A stretch of 64,000 nt of DNA from an uncultured Veillonellaceae bacterium (GCA_963805085.1 CAWDTA010000002.1:1504001-1568000); one strand, 5' to 3'. Numbered from the stretch's first letter, positions 20,178-30,201 are shown. Notes: generated from the letters alone by a model not told the origin. Numbers and translations: made by a program.

Positions 20178-21767
20178 TTGAATTTTCAATTGAAGACAAG
20201 GATTGTCACAGGATTCATAGCAATCATAATAACATTTTGCAGTGTGGTTTACGCCAGCGAGCCAACCGAAAAAGAAACGAAGACGGTGTCTGTTGTCACC
20301 GCTGATACCACACAAAAACAAGTGGTAAGTGAAGTGAAAAAATCTGGCAAATACGGTTACATTGATCAAACTGGGGCTTTCGTCATACCAGCTGAGTTTA
20401 ATCAACTAACTTTATTTAAAGCGCAAGGTCTCATTTTGGCAAAGCAAAAAGGAAAATATGGCGTGTTTGACCAGAATGGGAAAAGCATACTTCCCGTAGT
20501 ATTTGATGATGTAACGATTCATGAAGATAATACCATTTCAGTGAAGCAAAAAGATAAATGGGGTATTTACGATAATCAAAGCAACGTGATTTTGCCTATA
20601 GAATTTGATGAGTTGACTACTTTTTCTTCTGGTTTAGTAGCAGCAAAAAAAGATAAACTTTGGCGCTATTACGATAAATCAGGTAAAGCTGTCTTGGAAG
20701 AGGCCTTTGATGGTGCTAATAATTTTTCCGAAGGGCTTGCACTTGTAATGCATGATAATAAGTGTGGATATATAGATATCCAAGGAAAAGTCGTGATTCC
20801 TTATCAATATAAAAATGCAGCGGATTTTTCTGAGGGGCTGGCAGCAGTAAGAACAAAAGATAAGTGGGGTTTTATCGACAAAACAGGGAAAGTTGTTATT
20901 GAAGAAAAATTCAACGGATATGAAGCCGCTTTTAAAGAAGGGCTTGCGATTGTAAATCAAACAAGCAAACATGATTATATTGATATAAATGGTAATATTG
21001 TTTTTAGTGCACCTTATGATTTTGTCTTCCAATTTGAAGATGGTCTCGCAGAGGTTCGTGTAGAAAAAAGTAGTTTTTCTTGGGGCGGCTTTGTAAGTAC
21101 TGCGATTTCGGCAACGCTTGGTGGCTATTCAGATCCCGCAGATAACAATTTAGTGGAGTTCAATCTTAAACGTGGTTTTATCGACAAGACAGGGAAGCAG
21201 GTTATTACAACAAAGTATGATTTAGTCAATGTATTTAAAGATGGTTTATCTAAGGTTATTGACCATGGTAAAACTGGTTATGTAAATCGTAAAGGGGAAT
21301 TTGTGATTCCCGCAGAATATCAAGGTCTATCTGATTTTGAAGATGGTCTAGCTATGGATAAAAAAGATGATAAATGGGGCTATATTGACAAGAGTAATCA
21401 GCCTTTAACTACTCTAAAGTTTGATGAAGTAAAAGCCTTTAGTTGTGACAGGGGAGCAGTGAAGCTTGGCGAAAAGTGGGGGTTCATCGATCGTACAGGG
21501 AACCTTGTAATTAGAGCCAAGTTTAATGATGTTAAACCGTTTGTCGATAATAGCGCTGTCGTAAAATACATCGACGCTTGGGGGATCATTGATTTATCTG
21601 GTAATTATATGATTCCTGCAAAATCGGGTTATGAAGAAATGACTGTGTTCAATCACGATTTTATCGGCATTAAAGTAAATGGTAAATGGGGCTTTATGAA
21701 TAAAGATGGACGCATTATTGTTGAACCACAATACGATACAATATGCCCGATTTCTTCCTTAAAATAA
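20178..21767 (+). CDS. Exported WG-repeat (KWG) protein
   Basis: Signal peptide, then many KWGFIDKTG / FSEGLA repeats. Confidence 0.92.
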   Translation: MNFQLKTRIVTGFIAIIITFCSVVYASEPTEKETKTVSVVTADTTQKQVVSEVKKSGKYGYIDQTGAFVIPAEFNQLTLFKAQGLILAKQKGKYGVFDQNGKSILPVVFDDVTIHEDNTISVKQKDKWGIYDNQSNVILPIEFDELTTFSSGLVAAKKDKLWRYYDKSGKAVLEEAFDGANNFSEGLALVMHDNKCGYIDIQGKVVIPYQYKNAADFSEGLAAVRTKDKWGFIDKTGKVVIEEKFNGYEAAFKEGLAIVNQTSKHDYIDINGNIVFSAPYDFVFQFEDGLAEVRVEKSSFSWGGFVSTAISATLGGYSDPADNNLVEFNLKRGFIDKTGKQVITTKYDLVNVFKDGLSKVIDHGKTGYVNRKGEFVIPAEYQGLSDFEDGLAMDKKDDKWGYIDKSNQPLTTLKFDEVKAFSCDRGAVKLGEKWGFIDRTGNLVIRAKFNDVKPFVDNSAVVKYIDAWGIIDLSGNYMIPAKSGYEEMTVFNHDFIGIKVNGKWGFMNKDGRIIVEPQYDTICPISSLK

Positions 21768-21783
21768 TAATTTAGATTCATTC

Positions 21784-21829
21784 AAACAGAGAAATCCCAG
21801 CCTTTAAATAGGCTGGGATTTCTCTGTTT
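21784..21829. terminator. Perfect 20-bp terminator hairpin
   Basis: AAACAGAGAAATCCCAGCCT-ttaaat-AGGCTGGGATTTCTCTGTTT. Confidence 0.85.
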
Positions 21830-21881
21830 TGATCTTGATGGCTTTAAAATGAAGCAAAAAAGATGAGAGGATGAATGATGC

Positions 21882-22338
21882 ATGAATTTTGGAGAGCCCT
21901 TAAATGAGAATTTAGTAAATTTAGAGTTGCAAGCTAAGTTGAAAGTGGAATCGATACTGGAGTTGATAGACCTGCTGTATCAAGAGGGGAAAGGCAATGA
22001 TCGTGATCTGTTTTTGTAGGATTTGTATGAGCGGGAAGCAGAGGGGCGGACGGGGATTGGTAATCTCGTGTGTTGATTCGGTATTGTAAGTCGGATGCGG
22101 TGGCAGTGACTTCGATTGTGATTGGACGGAGTGAGTGGGGTTTAATGTGGTATTCTCTCGATGGCAAGCTAGTTCATATCGTGATTTTGTTTGCGATGAG
22201 CAACAAAGATAAAACGAATTTGAATTTGGGCCTGTCGGGGCAGGGGTTACGAATGATTTAGCGGATGAGCGAATACTGGAGTGATTGCTCTTAACCGAGG
22301 ATAAAAAAGAAGTCATTTCGCTGTTAGCGGGAGAATGA
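21882..22338 (+). pseudogene. PTS EIIA pseudogene (paralog of 46158-46610 and 16621-17076)
   Basis: DNA closely matches 46158-46610 but has in-frame stops and frameshifts. Confidence 0.9.
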
Positions 22339-22381
22339 ATAAAGAATACTGGCATTATCGTAAATAGAATATAAAAGTAAA

Positions 22382-22538
22382 AAGAAATTCATAATAAATT
22401 ATGTATAATTTAGCAGGAATTATAATATTTTACTAGAATATGTAAAATTAATATTAAAAGGATGACGGCAGATTGAGGAGGGCGAAGGCATTGTCTTAGA
22501 AAAAAGCCAACGAGACGAAGACAACGTCCCCTTATCAT
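22382..22538 (+). repeat. Dispersed repeat copy E with sigmaH-type promoter, directly upstream of bcmB
   Basis: GCAGGAATT-N-GAATATGTAA...TTGAGGAGGGCGAAG...TTGTCTTAG...GAGACGAA...CGTCCCCTTATCAT. Confidence 0.85.
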
Positions 22539-22556
22539 GCAACGGGTGAGAAAGAT

Positions 22557-22994
22557 ATGAAAAAAATTTTTTTAGCAGCTCCCTTTAAAAGTCTTGTAGA
22601 CGAAAAAAAGTCATTAATGTGTGAGAAATCAAAAATGCAAATCTTAAATTTAATTACATTCCTGGAAAGTAAAGGCTATAGTGTTCACAATGCTCATAAA
22701 CGAGAACATTGGGGGCTTGAATTTATGCCACCTGATCAATGCACTCAAATTGACTATAACGAAATTAATAAGTGTAATATTTTTATTGCGTTTCCCGGTA
22801 ATCCGCCTTCTCCTGGTACACATATTGAAATTGGATGGGCATCTGCATTTAACAAAAAAATCTTTATACTTCTTCACGGAGCAGAAGAAAATTATGCCTA
22901 TCTCATACGAGGATTACATACTGTTGCGGATGTAACTTATATTATCTATTCGGAAGAAAAGGAATATTATGAAGCACTTAACAGGTATTTGTAA
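22557..22994 (+). CDS. bcmB: Nucleoside 2-deoxyribosyltransferase-family N-glycosidase (MilB/BcmB-like)
   Basis: IFLAAPF (Phe in place of the NDT Tyr), SPGTHIEIGWA catalytic Glu; gene context. Confidence 0.8.
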   Translation: MKKIFLAAPFKSLVDEKKSLMCEKSKMQILNLITFLESKGYSVHNAHKREHWGLEFMPPDQCTQIDYNEINKCNIFIAFPGNPPSPGTHIEIGWASAFNKKIFILLHGAEENYAYLIRGLHTVADVTYIIYSEEKEYYEALNRYL

Positions 22995-23009
22995 TGTAGT
23001 TTTTGAGAG

Positions 23010-24005
23010 GTGATAAACATGAAGTTTTCCAGTTTTCAAGAAGCCTATTTGCATAATTTAAAAGATGTTTATTATTCTCCTCAATTTGTAAATATGCCAA
23101 GAGGAAATAAAAGCAAAGAAAGGCTGAATTTATCGTTTACTATTATTAATCCTATTGATAGGGTTTGCTATCTAAAATCAAGAAAAATCAATATTGTGTT
23201 CAACCTTGCAGAAGCATTATGGTATCTATCAGGTAGTAATGAACTTTCCTTTATTGAGTATTATGCCAAGAATATGCGGAAATACTCTGCGGATGGAATA
23301 ACTTTACAAGGCACAGCTTATGGTCCCCAAATTTTTGCATATGGCAATAATCATATCAATCAATGGGACAGGCTGATAAAACTATTTAGAGAAGATAAGG
23401 ATACCAAGAGAGCATTCATATCAATTTTTGATCCCAATGAAAATCTTTTCCTTGATAATATTGATGTTTCATGCACGATTGGATTACAGTTCTTTATCAG
23501 AAATAACTCATTGTATCTAACAACATTCATGAGAGCAAATGATGCTTACAGAGGTATGATAAGTGATGTGTTTTCGTTTACGTTCATTCAGGAAATGTTA
23601 GCAACTCAATTAAGCCTTAATGTAGGAGAATATTGCCATAATGTAGCCACTGTGCATATTTATGAGCCAGACAATGCCAAGGTAAAAAAAATAGTATCAC
23701 AAAAGATTGAAGAAAATGATAGATTAGTATTCCCATCCATGCCTCATAAAGATAATTGGGATAATGTTCAAATCGTTCTTTTATATGAAAAACAGTTAAG
23801 AGAGAATAAAATAGTTCTAGATGCCAAAACAATTGAAGATATTAAGGTTGATACATACTGGAAACAAATTATCATTTTATTTGCACTTTATCAAAAAATT
23901 TTATATGAAAATAAGATCGATATTTCTTTATTTTATAAATTAATACCATTATATCAATACTTAGTAAAGGTTAAATGGGAATATCTGTTTAAGAAAGAGA
24001 AGTGA
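23010..24005 (+). CDS. bcmA: Thymidylate-synthase-family CMP hydroxymethylase
   Basis: AYG, DVSCT catalytic Cys, MRAND, GMISDVFSF with Asp at the cytosine-specificity position, HIYE. Confidence 0.82.
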   Translation: MINMKFSSFQEAYLHNLKDVYYSPQFVNMPRGNKSKERLNLSFTIINPIDRVCYLKSRKINIVFNLAEALWYLSGSNELSFIEYYAKNMRKYSADGITLQGTAYGPQIFAYGNNHINQWDRLIKLFREDKDTKRAFISIFDPNENLFLDNIDVSCTIGLQFFIRNNSLYLTTFMRANDAYRGMISDVFSFTFIQEMLATQLSLNVGEYCHNVATVHIYEPDNAKVKKIVSQKIEENDRLVFPSMPHKDNWDNVQIVLLYEKQLRENKIVLDAKTIEDIKVDTYWKQIIILFALYQKILYENKIDISLFYKLIPLYQYLVKVKWEYLFKKEK

Positions 24006-24769
24006 GAGATATGGGCACATCGTGGCATGATGAAAAAGTATCAAAAAATTTTAATGAATATAACGATATGTTGGAGGACGTATTGGGGTTCCACTACATT
24101 TTTCAATTTATACAAGATGAACCTAATGTAAGATCCATTTTAGATTTCGGATGTGGCCCTGGGAAAGTATCCGAAAGATTGGCGGAGTTTAATGATAAAT
24201 ATGATATTTTAGCTGTGGATCAATCTCAAAAGATGATTGATCTTGCATCAACTTTTAGGAAGCGAAAGAATATTCAATATCGTTTAATCGAAAATGATAA
24301 TTTGGGTTTTATTAAGTCAAATTCTATTGACTGCGCAATTATCTGTTTTGTTATAATAAATAATTCTGATTCCAATCGTATCTCCAACATTATAAACGAA
24401 GTTTATCGAGTACTTAGAAATAATGGTTTTTTGATCATATTAGACTCCAATCCAAATGCTGTTGGACTTGAATTCACCACATTTACTAATGGAGATAAAG
24501 GGAAAAATTACAAGATAGGAGGAAGCAAAAAGCAATATCTTAAAATACCAAATCAGACGGATTTAATCTTAAATGATTGGTATTGGACAAAAGATAATTA
24601 TTTAAGTTGGATAACTCAGATTGGTTTTAAATCCGTTAGTTTAATTGAACCAACAATAGATAATTTATCACAAGAAGATAGATTATTTTATGAAAGAAAA
24701 TATAATTTTAATAAGTGGGGAAATGAAAGGACTATTCCACCTTTTATTATTTTTAAATCCATAAAATAA
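24002..24769 (+). CDS. bcmC: Class I SAM methyltransferase (bacimethrin O-methyltransferase-like)
   Basis: ILDFGCGPG, AVDQS; overlaps bcmA stop. Confidence 0.75.
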   Translation: MRDMGTSWHDEKVSKNFNEYNDMLEDVLGFHYIFQFIQDEPNVRSILDFGCGPGKVSERLAEFNDKYDILAVDQSQKMIDLASTFRKRKNIQYRLIENDNLGFIKSNSIDCAIICFVIINNSDSNRISNIINEVYRVLRNNGFLIILDSNPNAVGLEFTTFTNGDKGKNYKIGGSKKQYLKIPNQTDLILNDWYWTKDNYLSWITQIGFKSVSLIEPTIDNLSQEDRLFYERKYNFNKWGNERTIPPFIIFKSIK

Positions 24770-24864
24770 ACATAATACACTTATTCATTCTTTATAAAAA
24801 TAATTGAGGATTAAAAACAATTAATAATATATCAAGCCTATAAAAATAAGAGAGGAGAAAACAC

Positions 24865-26076
24865 ATGAAAAAAGCCAAACGAGTTTATGTGGCTTTGGCG
24901 GCTGTTGTTATGTTATTGTACTTACCAGTGAGTTTTGCCTATTCGGCAAATACTACAGAACAAAACCAAACGATTTTAAATGTTGCATTATATGGCTATG
25001 TTCCTGATGTTCAACGATTTAGAAACGCCGTGCAGACTTCTTGGAAACAAGTGGAACCGAATGTGGATTTAAATTTCGTGGATTGGGATTGTTATGAGAG
25101 TGACCCGACTCAGGACATAGATGTTTTTGTTTTTGATTCTATTTACCTGCAGCATTATGTTAACGAAGGATATTTGCTTCCAATTTCTGAAAATCAAATT
25201 AAAAATAAAGATGACCTGTTGGATTTTGCTTTATCAGGATGTACTATAAATAATACAATCTATGCGATACCTCAAATTATTTGTACAAATCTCTTATATT
25301 ATCGGAATGATGATAGTGAAATGGCACAAGTAGACACAGTAAATGAATTGTATCAGTTACTTGGGGATAGAAAATCTAATAGCATTATACCAGGTGAAAA
25401 TGAAGGATTAATGATTGATATGTCAGGTGGTACATCAAAAGTGTGTTTATACTTGGATGCACTCATAGACCAAACACAAACATATACAGATTATGCGCAA
25501 TTACCGCAAAGGTTTGATGAACATGTTGTATCTTACTTAAAAATGTTACAATCAATGGCTGGAACAGCACATGCCAATTACTATCCAGAAGACAATGATG
25601 CTTATATAAGAGCAAAATGGCTAGCGGAAGGCAAAGGCAGAGCCTATATTGGATATACCGAAGCAATGTCCAGCATGGGTGATTTTGCAAATAATGTTAA
25701 CTTCAAATTGATTTCGTACAGTCAATATAATAATATTCCATTGTTTTACGGTGATATTATTGGAATCAACTCTGATATCAATACGGATAAGGAAAATTTA
25801 GCAATAAAGTTGGTAAATGTCGTTGCATCTAGTGATACTATGATTGCATCAATTTCGTCTAATGCAGACAACTCTTATCCGCAGTATCTATTGCCTGCAA
25901 GATGCAGCGTTTATAAGGCAATGAGTAGCGATTATCCTATTTATAGAAAGCTCTATAAAATTGCAACTGATCTTAACAATAGGCTGTTTTTATTAGGATC
26001 AAATGCAGAAACATGGTTAACAGAAGTTAAAGGTACTTTGAGTGAGATGTTAAATGAAAATCCGGAAGCTGCATAA
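24865..26076 (+). CDS. bcmE: Thiaminase I, exported
   Basis: Signal peptide; LYGYVPD, WDCY, DVFVFD, IPQIICTNLLYYR (catalytic Cys), GYTE (catalytic Glu), PQYLLPAR. Confidence 0.88.
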   Translation: MKKAKRVYVALAAVVMLLYLPVSFAYSANTTEQNQTILNVALYGYVPDVQRFRNAVQTSWKQVEPNVDLNFVDWDCYESDPTQDIDVFVFDSIYLQHYVNEGYLLPISENQIKNKDDLLDFALSGCTINNTIYAIPQIICTNLLYYRNDDSEMAQVDTVNELYQLLGDRKSNSIIPGENEGLMIDMSGGTSKVCLYLDALIDQTQTYTDYAQLPQRFDEHVVSYLKMLQSMAGTAHANYYPEDNDAYIRAKWLAEGKGRAYIGYTEAMSSMGDFANNVNFKLISYSQYNNIPLFYGDIIGINSDINTDKENLAIKLVNVVASSDTMIASISSNADNSYPQYLLPARCSVYKAMSSDYPIYRKLYKIATDLNNRLFLLGSNAETWLTEVKGTLSEMLNENPEAA

Positions 26077-26146
26077 ATTTAGCACAGCTACTTATAACTA
26101 AAATATTATTTAAACTCTTTAAAATAATATGGTGGTTTTATATTAA

Positions 26147-26228
26147 AATAGGGGGACTACTTCGTAGTTGAGAAGTTAAAACTTGACCCTTTGAACGTGC
26201 TGGTTAATACTAACGTAAGGAAGCAATT
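26147..26228 (+). ncRNA. TPP riboswitch (somewhat divergent)
   Basis: AGGGG...TGAGA...ACCCTTTGAAC...GTTAATAC...CGTAAGGAAG upstream of tenA; hairpin plus T-run at 26248-26284. Confidence 0.8.
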
Positions 26229-26297
26229 TCTTACGCTGTATTGCGTTTGAAAGAGCTTCCAAATTGGAAGTTCAATTTTTTTTTAGGAGGAAAGACA

Positions 26298-26963
26298 ATG
26301 AAGTTTATGAAGAAAACTATGGATGTTTCAGTGCCGATCTGGAACGAGTCTCTGAACACTCCGTTTGTGCAGGAACTGAAAACTGGAATATTGCCCTATG
26401 AAAAATTTAAAAATTACATGATTCAGGACAGTATCTATTTGAAATATTATGCCCGCGTTTACGGCAAAGCTATGTATCATTCTACAACCTTAAAGGACAT
26501 TCAGCTTTATTACTCTATTCTAAGTTTTGTAACAAACAGAGAATCGGTCGTTAGGTTAAATTATTTGAAACAATTTGGTATGACAGATAACGATATTGAA
26601 CTAATTGCACCATTGCCGGAGAATCAGAATTATATAGATTTTATGCTCAATATTGCTGAACGGGGTAATATTTGTGAAATACTAATGGCTGTTCTTCCAT
26701 GTATGCTGAGTTACAGCTATATTTTCCGAGCAATCGCCGCTGAGTCGGAGGCTGATAAATCAAAGTATTGGGACTTTATTCAGGACTACGCAGATGAGCA
26801 ATATTTTGAAGGTTGTAAAACATTGTGTGACTCTACGGATAAAAAATGTGCTTCACTTACCATCGTAGATAAAGAAAATCTAAATTCAATTTTTAAAGAA
26901 GCAAGTTTACTTGAATTGGGTTTTTGGAAGATGGCTTATAAAGAAAATAGAAAGGTGGATTGA
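26298..26963 (+). CDS. tenA: Thiaminase II (TenA, Cys type)
   Basis: YMIQDSIYL, VLPCMLSY, ELGFW; RBS AGGAGG. Confidence 0.9.
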   Translation: MKFMKKTMDVSVPIWNESLNTPFVQELKTGILPYEKFKNYMIQDSIYLKYYARVYGKAMYHSTTLKDIQLYYSILSFVTNRESVVRLNYLKQFGMTDNDIELIAPLPENQNYIDFMLNIAERGNICEILMAVLPCMLSYSYIFRAIAAESEADKSKYWDFIQDYADEQYFEGCKTLCDSTDKKCASLTIVDKENLNSIFKEASLLELGFWKMAYKENRKVD

Positions 26964-27011
26964 ATTGCCAAATGTTATTTTTCCACGAGAGATAAAGGAG
27001 GATATTTTAAT

Positions 27012-27821
27012 ATGAAAAAAGTTTTGAGCATCGCCGGATCTGATTGTAGCGGCGGAGCAGGAATCCAAGCAGATCTAAAAACGTTTTCGGCACATGGTGT
27101 TTTCGGAATGAGCGTTATTGTGTCTGTTGTCGCAGAAAATACAAGCAGGGTGATAGACATCCAGGATATAACCCCCGATATGATAAAAAAGCAGATCGAC
27201 GCTGTTTTCGAGGATATTGAGGTGGACGCCGTTAAAATCGGAATGTTGTCTACTCCGCCTTGTATGAACGCCATTGCTGAAAAACTCATGCAGTATAAGC
27301 CACAAAATGTAGTAATTGATCCCGTCATGTATGCAAAAAACGGCTGTTCTCTTATGGAGCCTGCGGCTGTTGATACATTGATAAAAGTAATCATTCCACT
27401 TGCTGACGTACTGACTCCGAATATTCCAGAAGCCGAAAAAATTATAAATATGCAGATTTCTTCCGTAGCAGACATGGAAACCGCCGCAAAGAAAATATAT
27501 GCAATGGGTTGCAAGGGCATCGTGGTCAAGGGTGGTCATGCGATAGGCAATGCTTTGGATGTTCTGTTTGATGGAAAAAAGATTTACCATTTTGAAACCA
27601 AGCGTATTGATACAACAAACACACATGGTACTGGCTGCACCTTTTCCTCCGCTATCGCTTCACAGCTTGCAAAAGGACTGACTATTCAGGAAGCTGTCAA
27701 AAAGTCCAAGGCATATGTTACTACTGCGATTGAACATTCACTTGCCATCGGTCACGGGAATGGCCCGACCAATCACTTTTATGAACTTTACAAAAGCGGA
27801 TTGCAAGGATGGGATAATTAA
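27012..27821 (+). CDS. thiD: HMP/HMP-P kinase
   Basis: [42 protein letters not shown]. Confidence 0.96.
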   Translation: MKKVLSIAGSDCSGGAGIQADLKTFSAHGVFGMSVIVSVVAENTSRVIDIQDITPDMIKKQIDAVFEDIEVDAVKIGMLSTPPCMNAIAEKLMQYKPQNVVIDPVMYAKNGCSLMEPAAVDTLIKVIIPLADVLTPNIPEAEKIINMQISSVADMETAAKKIYAMGCKGIVVKGGHAIGNALDVLFDGKKIYHFETKRIDTTNTHGTGCTFSSAIASQLAKGLTIQEAVKKSKAYVTTAIEHSLAIGHGNGPTNHFYELYKSGLQGWDN

Positions 27822-27823
27822 CG

Positions 27824-29032
27824 ATGGACACAAAAGAATCAAAAACCTCAACATTCAGTCAGGTGCTTTTATGGTTTGGAGCTGCTGTTTCAATATCTGA
27901 ACTGATGACAGGGGCGTTAATCGCTCCGCTTGGACTTTGTCAAGGTACCTTAGCAATCTTGACCGGTCATATAATTGGCGCTCTCGTGCTGTTCCCCGCC
28001 GGTTTGATCGGTGCTAAAAGCGGCTTGTCATGGGCGGAATCTACCCGTATATCTTTTAGCAAATACGGGTCATACGGGTTTTCCATATTAAACATTTTGC
28101 AGCTCCTTGGCTGGACTGCTGTAATGATTATAAGCGGTGCAAAGGCATTTGATGGCATTGCGGAGCAGCTCTGGAACTATCAGAACGAACGGCTTTGGTG
28201 TATCGTAATCGGACTGTTTATCTGCCTTTGGATTGTCATTGGGCTGAAAAATCTTTCAAAAATAAATGCTGTAGTCATTACCCTGCTTTTCCTATGTACT
28301 ATTGTGCTTGGAATTACTGTTTTTTCTACGCCGCAAAGCACCGCAGACGCGAATGATACAATCAGCTTTGGAGCTGCTGTAGAACTGAACATCGCCATGG
28401 CTTTATCATGGCTACCGCTTATTTCGGACTACACCCGGACGCTAAAAAAACCTTTCAGAGGAACAGTTGGAAGCATATTGAGCTATTTTATCGGCTCAAT
28501 CTTTATGTTCATCATAGGGCTTGGTGCCGCTGTTTACTATGGTACATCTGATGTGTTTACGATTATGGCATCAGCCGGATTCGGTTTTGCCGCCCTTGCT
28601 GCAATATTACTTTCCACGGTAACGACGACTTTTTTAGATGTGTATTCGGCAGGCGTCAGCTCTGTCAATATAAGCGGGAAAATCAATCAAAAGCTGGCGT
28701 CAGCCATTGTGTGTATCGCAGGCGTTGTCATTGCGATATTTATACCGATAAGCAGATATGAAGATTTTTTATATTTGATAAGCTCAGTGTTTGCACCTTT
28801 GTTTGCTGTATCATTTACCGATTACTTCTTGTTACATAAACAGGAAATGAGATCCCAAAGCGATCTGAGTATCAAAAATTTAATCATATGGTTGGTCGGC
28901 TTTATTATCTATCGGTTATTGATGTCGTATAATACAGTCGTTGGGATCACACTGCCTATCATGCTTGGTCTTGTGGCTGTCAGTTACATTTGGGGAATCA
29001 TTGAAAGAAAATCAGATGAACAGAAAATTTGA
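27824..29032 (+). CDS. cytX: Hydroxymethylpyrimidine transporter (NCS1 family)
   Basis: LWFGAAVSISE, GWTAVMI, SWLPLISDYTR, STVTTTFLDVYSAG. Confidence 0.88.
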   Translation: MDTKESKTSTFSQVLLWFGAAVSISELMTGALIAPLGLCQGTLAILTGHIIGALVLFPAGLIGAKSGLSWAESTRISFSKYGSYGFSILNILQLLGWTAVMIISGAKAFDGIAEQLWNYQNERLWCIVIGLFICLWIVIGLKNLSKINAVVITLLFLCTIVLGITVFSTPQSTADANDTISFGAAVELNIAMALSWLPLISDYTRTLKKPFRGTVGSILSYFIGSIFMFIIGLGAAVYYGTSDVFTIMASAGFGFAALAAILLSTVTTTFLDVYSAGVSSVNISGKINQKLASAIVCIAGVVIAIFIPISRYEDFLYLISSVFAPLFAVSFTDYFLLHKQEMRSQSDLSIKNLIIWLVGFIIYRLLMSYNTVVGITLPIMLGLVAVSYIWGIIERKSDEQKI

Positions 29033-29426
29033 TTATACGCTATATTCGGTCACTTACAGGAATTTATGAGTACAAAGGACTTAGAAATAGCCTTCGAAGA
29101 AGTAATTGATGGCGATGGTACAGTTTCGGGATAAGTCAGCATCCTCAATGGAACTCTATGAGCAGACCATTCGCATTAAGAAAATAACAGTTCGTTATGG
29201 TATTCCACTGCTCGTAAATGATTGCATAGATATCGCATCGGCAAACGGAGCTGACGGTGTACATATCGGGCGAAGTGATATTTCTGCTACCATTGCCCGA
29301 AAGATAATAGAACGCGATATACTTTTGAGCGTATTCGCTTCCTACGTCAATGAAGCTCTGCAAGTTGCCCCTTCAAAATATATTGTATATGAGGACGTTT
29401 TGCAGGCTGTCAAAAGCGCGAAGTAG
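29016..29426 (+). pseudogene. thiE: Thiamin-phosphate synthase pseudogene
   Basis: MNRKFDYTLY start, then frameshift; VQFRDK, LVND, GADGVHIGRSD; C-terminal half missing. Confidence 0.82.
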
Positions 29427-29554
29427 TCAGAAATGATCGTTTATGGTGTTTACGACAAATATTCTGAGCATAATCAATCGGAATTTAGCGCATGAGCGGA
29501 TGGTTATCTATTTGATTTTCGTAATGCGTTCATACCGTACAGGGAGGTGTAATA

Positions 29555-30049
29555 ATGGCAGAGTTGTGGGATATGTATAATCAGGAGCGAAAAAAGACCG
29601 GACACTTACATGAGCGCGGAACACCGATTCTGCAAGGTTTCTATCATCTTGTGGTAAGTATCTGGATTGTGAACAGTCAAGGGCAATATCTTATGTCACA
29701 ACGACACCCAAGTAAGCCGTATCCTGAATATTGGGAGTGCACGGGTGGTTCTGTTATTGCCGGTGAAAATAGTTTGCAAGGAGCTATTCGAGAAGTAAAA
29801 GAAGAATTAGGATTGTCGCTTGACGCCGATACAGCACAGCTGATTTATCAGACACGCCGAGAGGATTGTCAGGACTTTTATGATGTGTGGCTTTTCCATT
29901 TTGACATTAACATAAAAGAATTGACTTTACAAAATTCAGAGGTTATTAATGCATGTTGGATGTCAAAAGAAGCTATCAATATATTAAATCAAATGAATAA
30001 ACTTCATCCATTACTTTCATATTATCAGGATATTCTGATGCTAGGGTGA
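29555..30049 (+). CDS. Nudix hydrolase
   Basis: GGSVIAGENSLQGAIREVKEELG Nudix box. Confidence 0.93.
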   Translation: MAELWDMYNQERKKTGHLHERGTPILQGFYHLVVSIWIVNSQGQYLMSQRHPSKPYPEYWECTGGSVIAGENSLQGAIREVKEELGLSLDADTAQLIYQTRREDCQDFYDVWLFHFDINIKELTLQNSEVINACWMSKEAINILNQMNKLHPLLSYYQDILMLG

Positions 30050-30052
30050 TGT

Positions 30053-30147
30053 ATGACAAGGGGAAGGAGGTACTGTCTCGAAAAAAAGTGTTGTGATACC
30101 AGTGAGCAGAGTAAATTAACAAGACGAAACCACTATCCCCTTATCAT
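30053..30147. repeat. REP/MITE-like element copy F with terminal inverted repeats
   Basis: ATGACAAGGGGA...TCCCCTTATCAT (11/12 inverted match); inner GTCTCG/CAAGAC; similar to copies B, D, E. Confidence 0.75.
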
Positions 30148-30161
30148 TAACCTATGTCATC

Positions 30162-30201
30162 TGCATCGGATATTTTTACGAATCCGAAAATACGGCGTGT
30201 G
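30162..30201 (+). pseudogene. 3' remnant of a second sugar-isomerase gene
   Basis: 37/40 identical to 19937-19976; all three differences are synonymous. Confidence 0.85.

Noticed and set aside
23010-24005. Housekeeping thyA or a phage DNA hydroxymethylation/defence module
   Set aside because: Asp at the specificity position, the ribo-type glycosidase and adjacent thiaminase I fit the bacimethrin pathway better; no phage or DNA-modification context
26975-27626. Long antisense ORFs over thiD, and similar shadow ORFs over PTS, opp and OPT genes
   Set aside because: They overlap well-supported genes on the other strand and show no motifs
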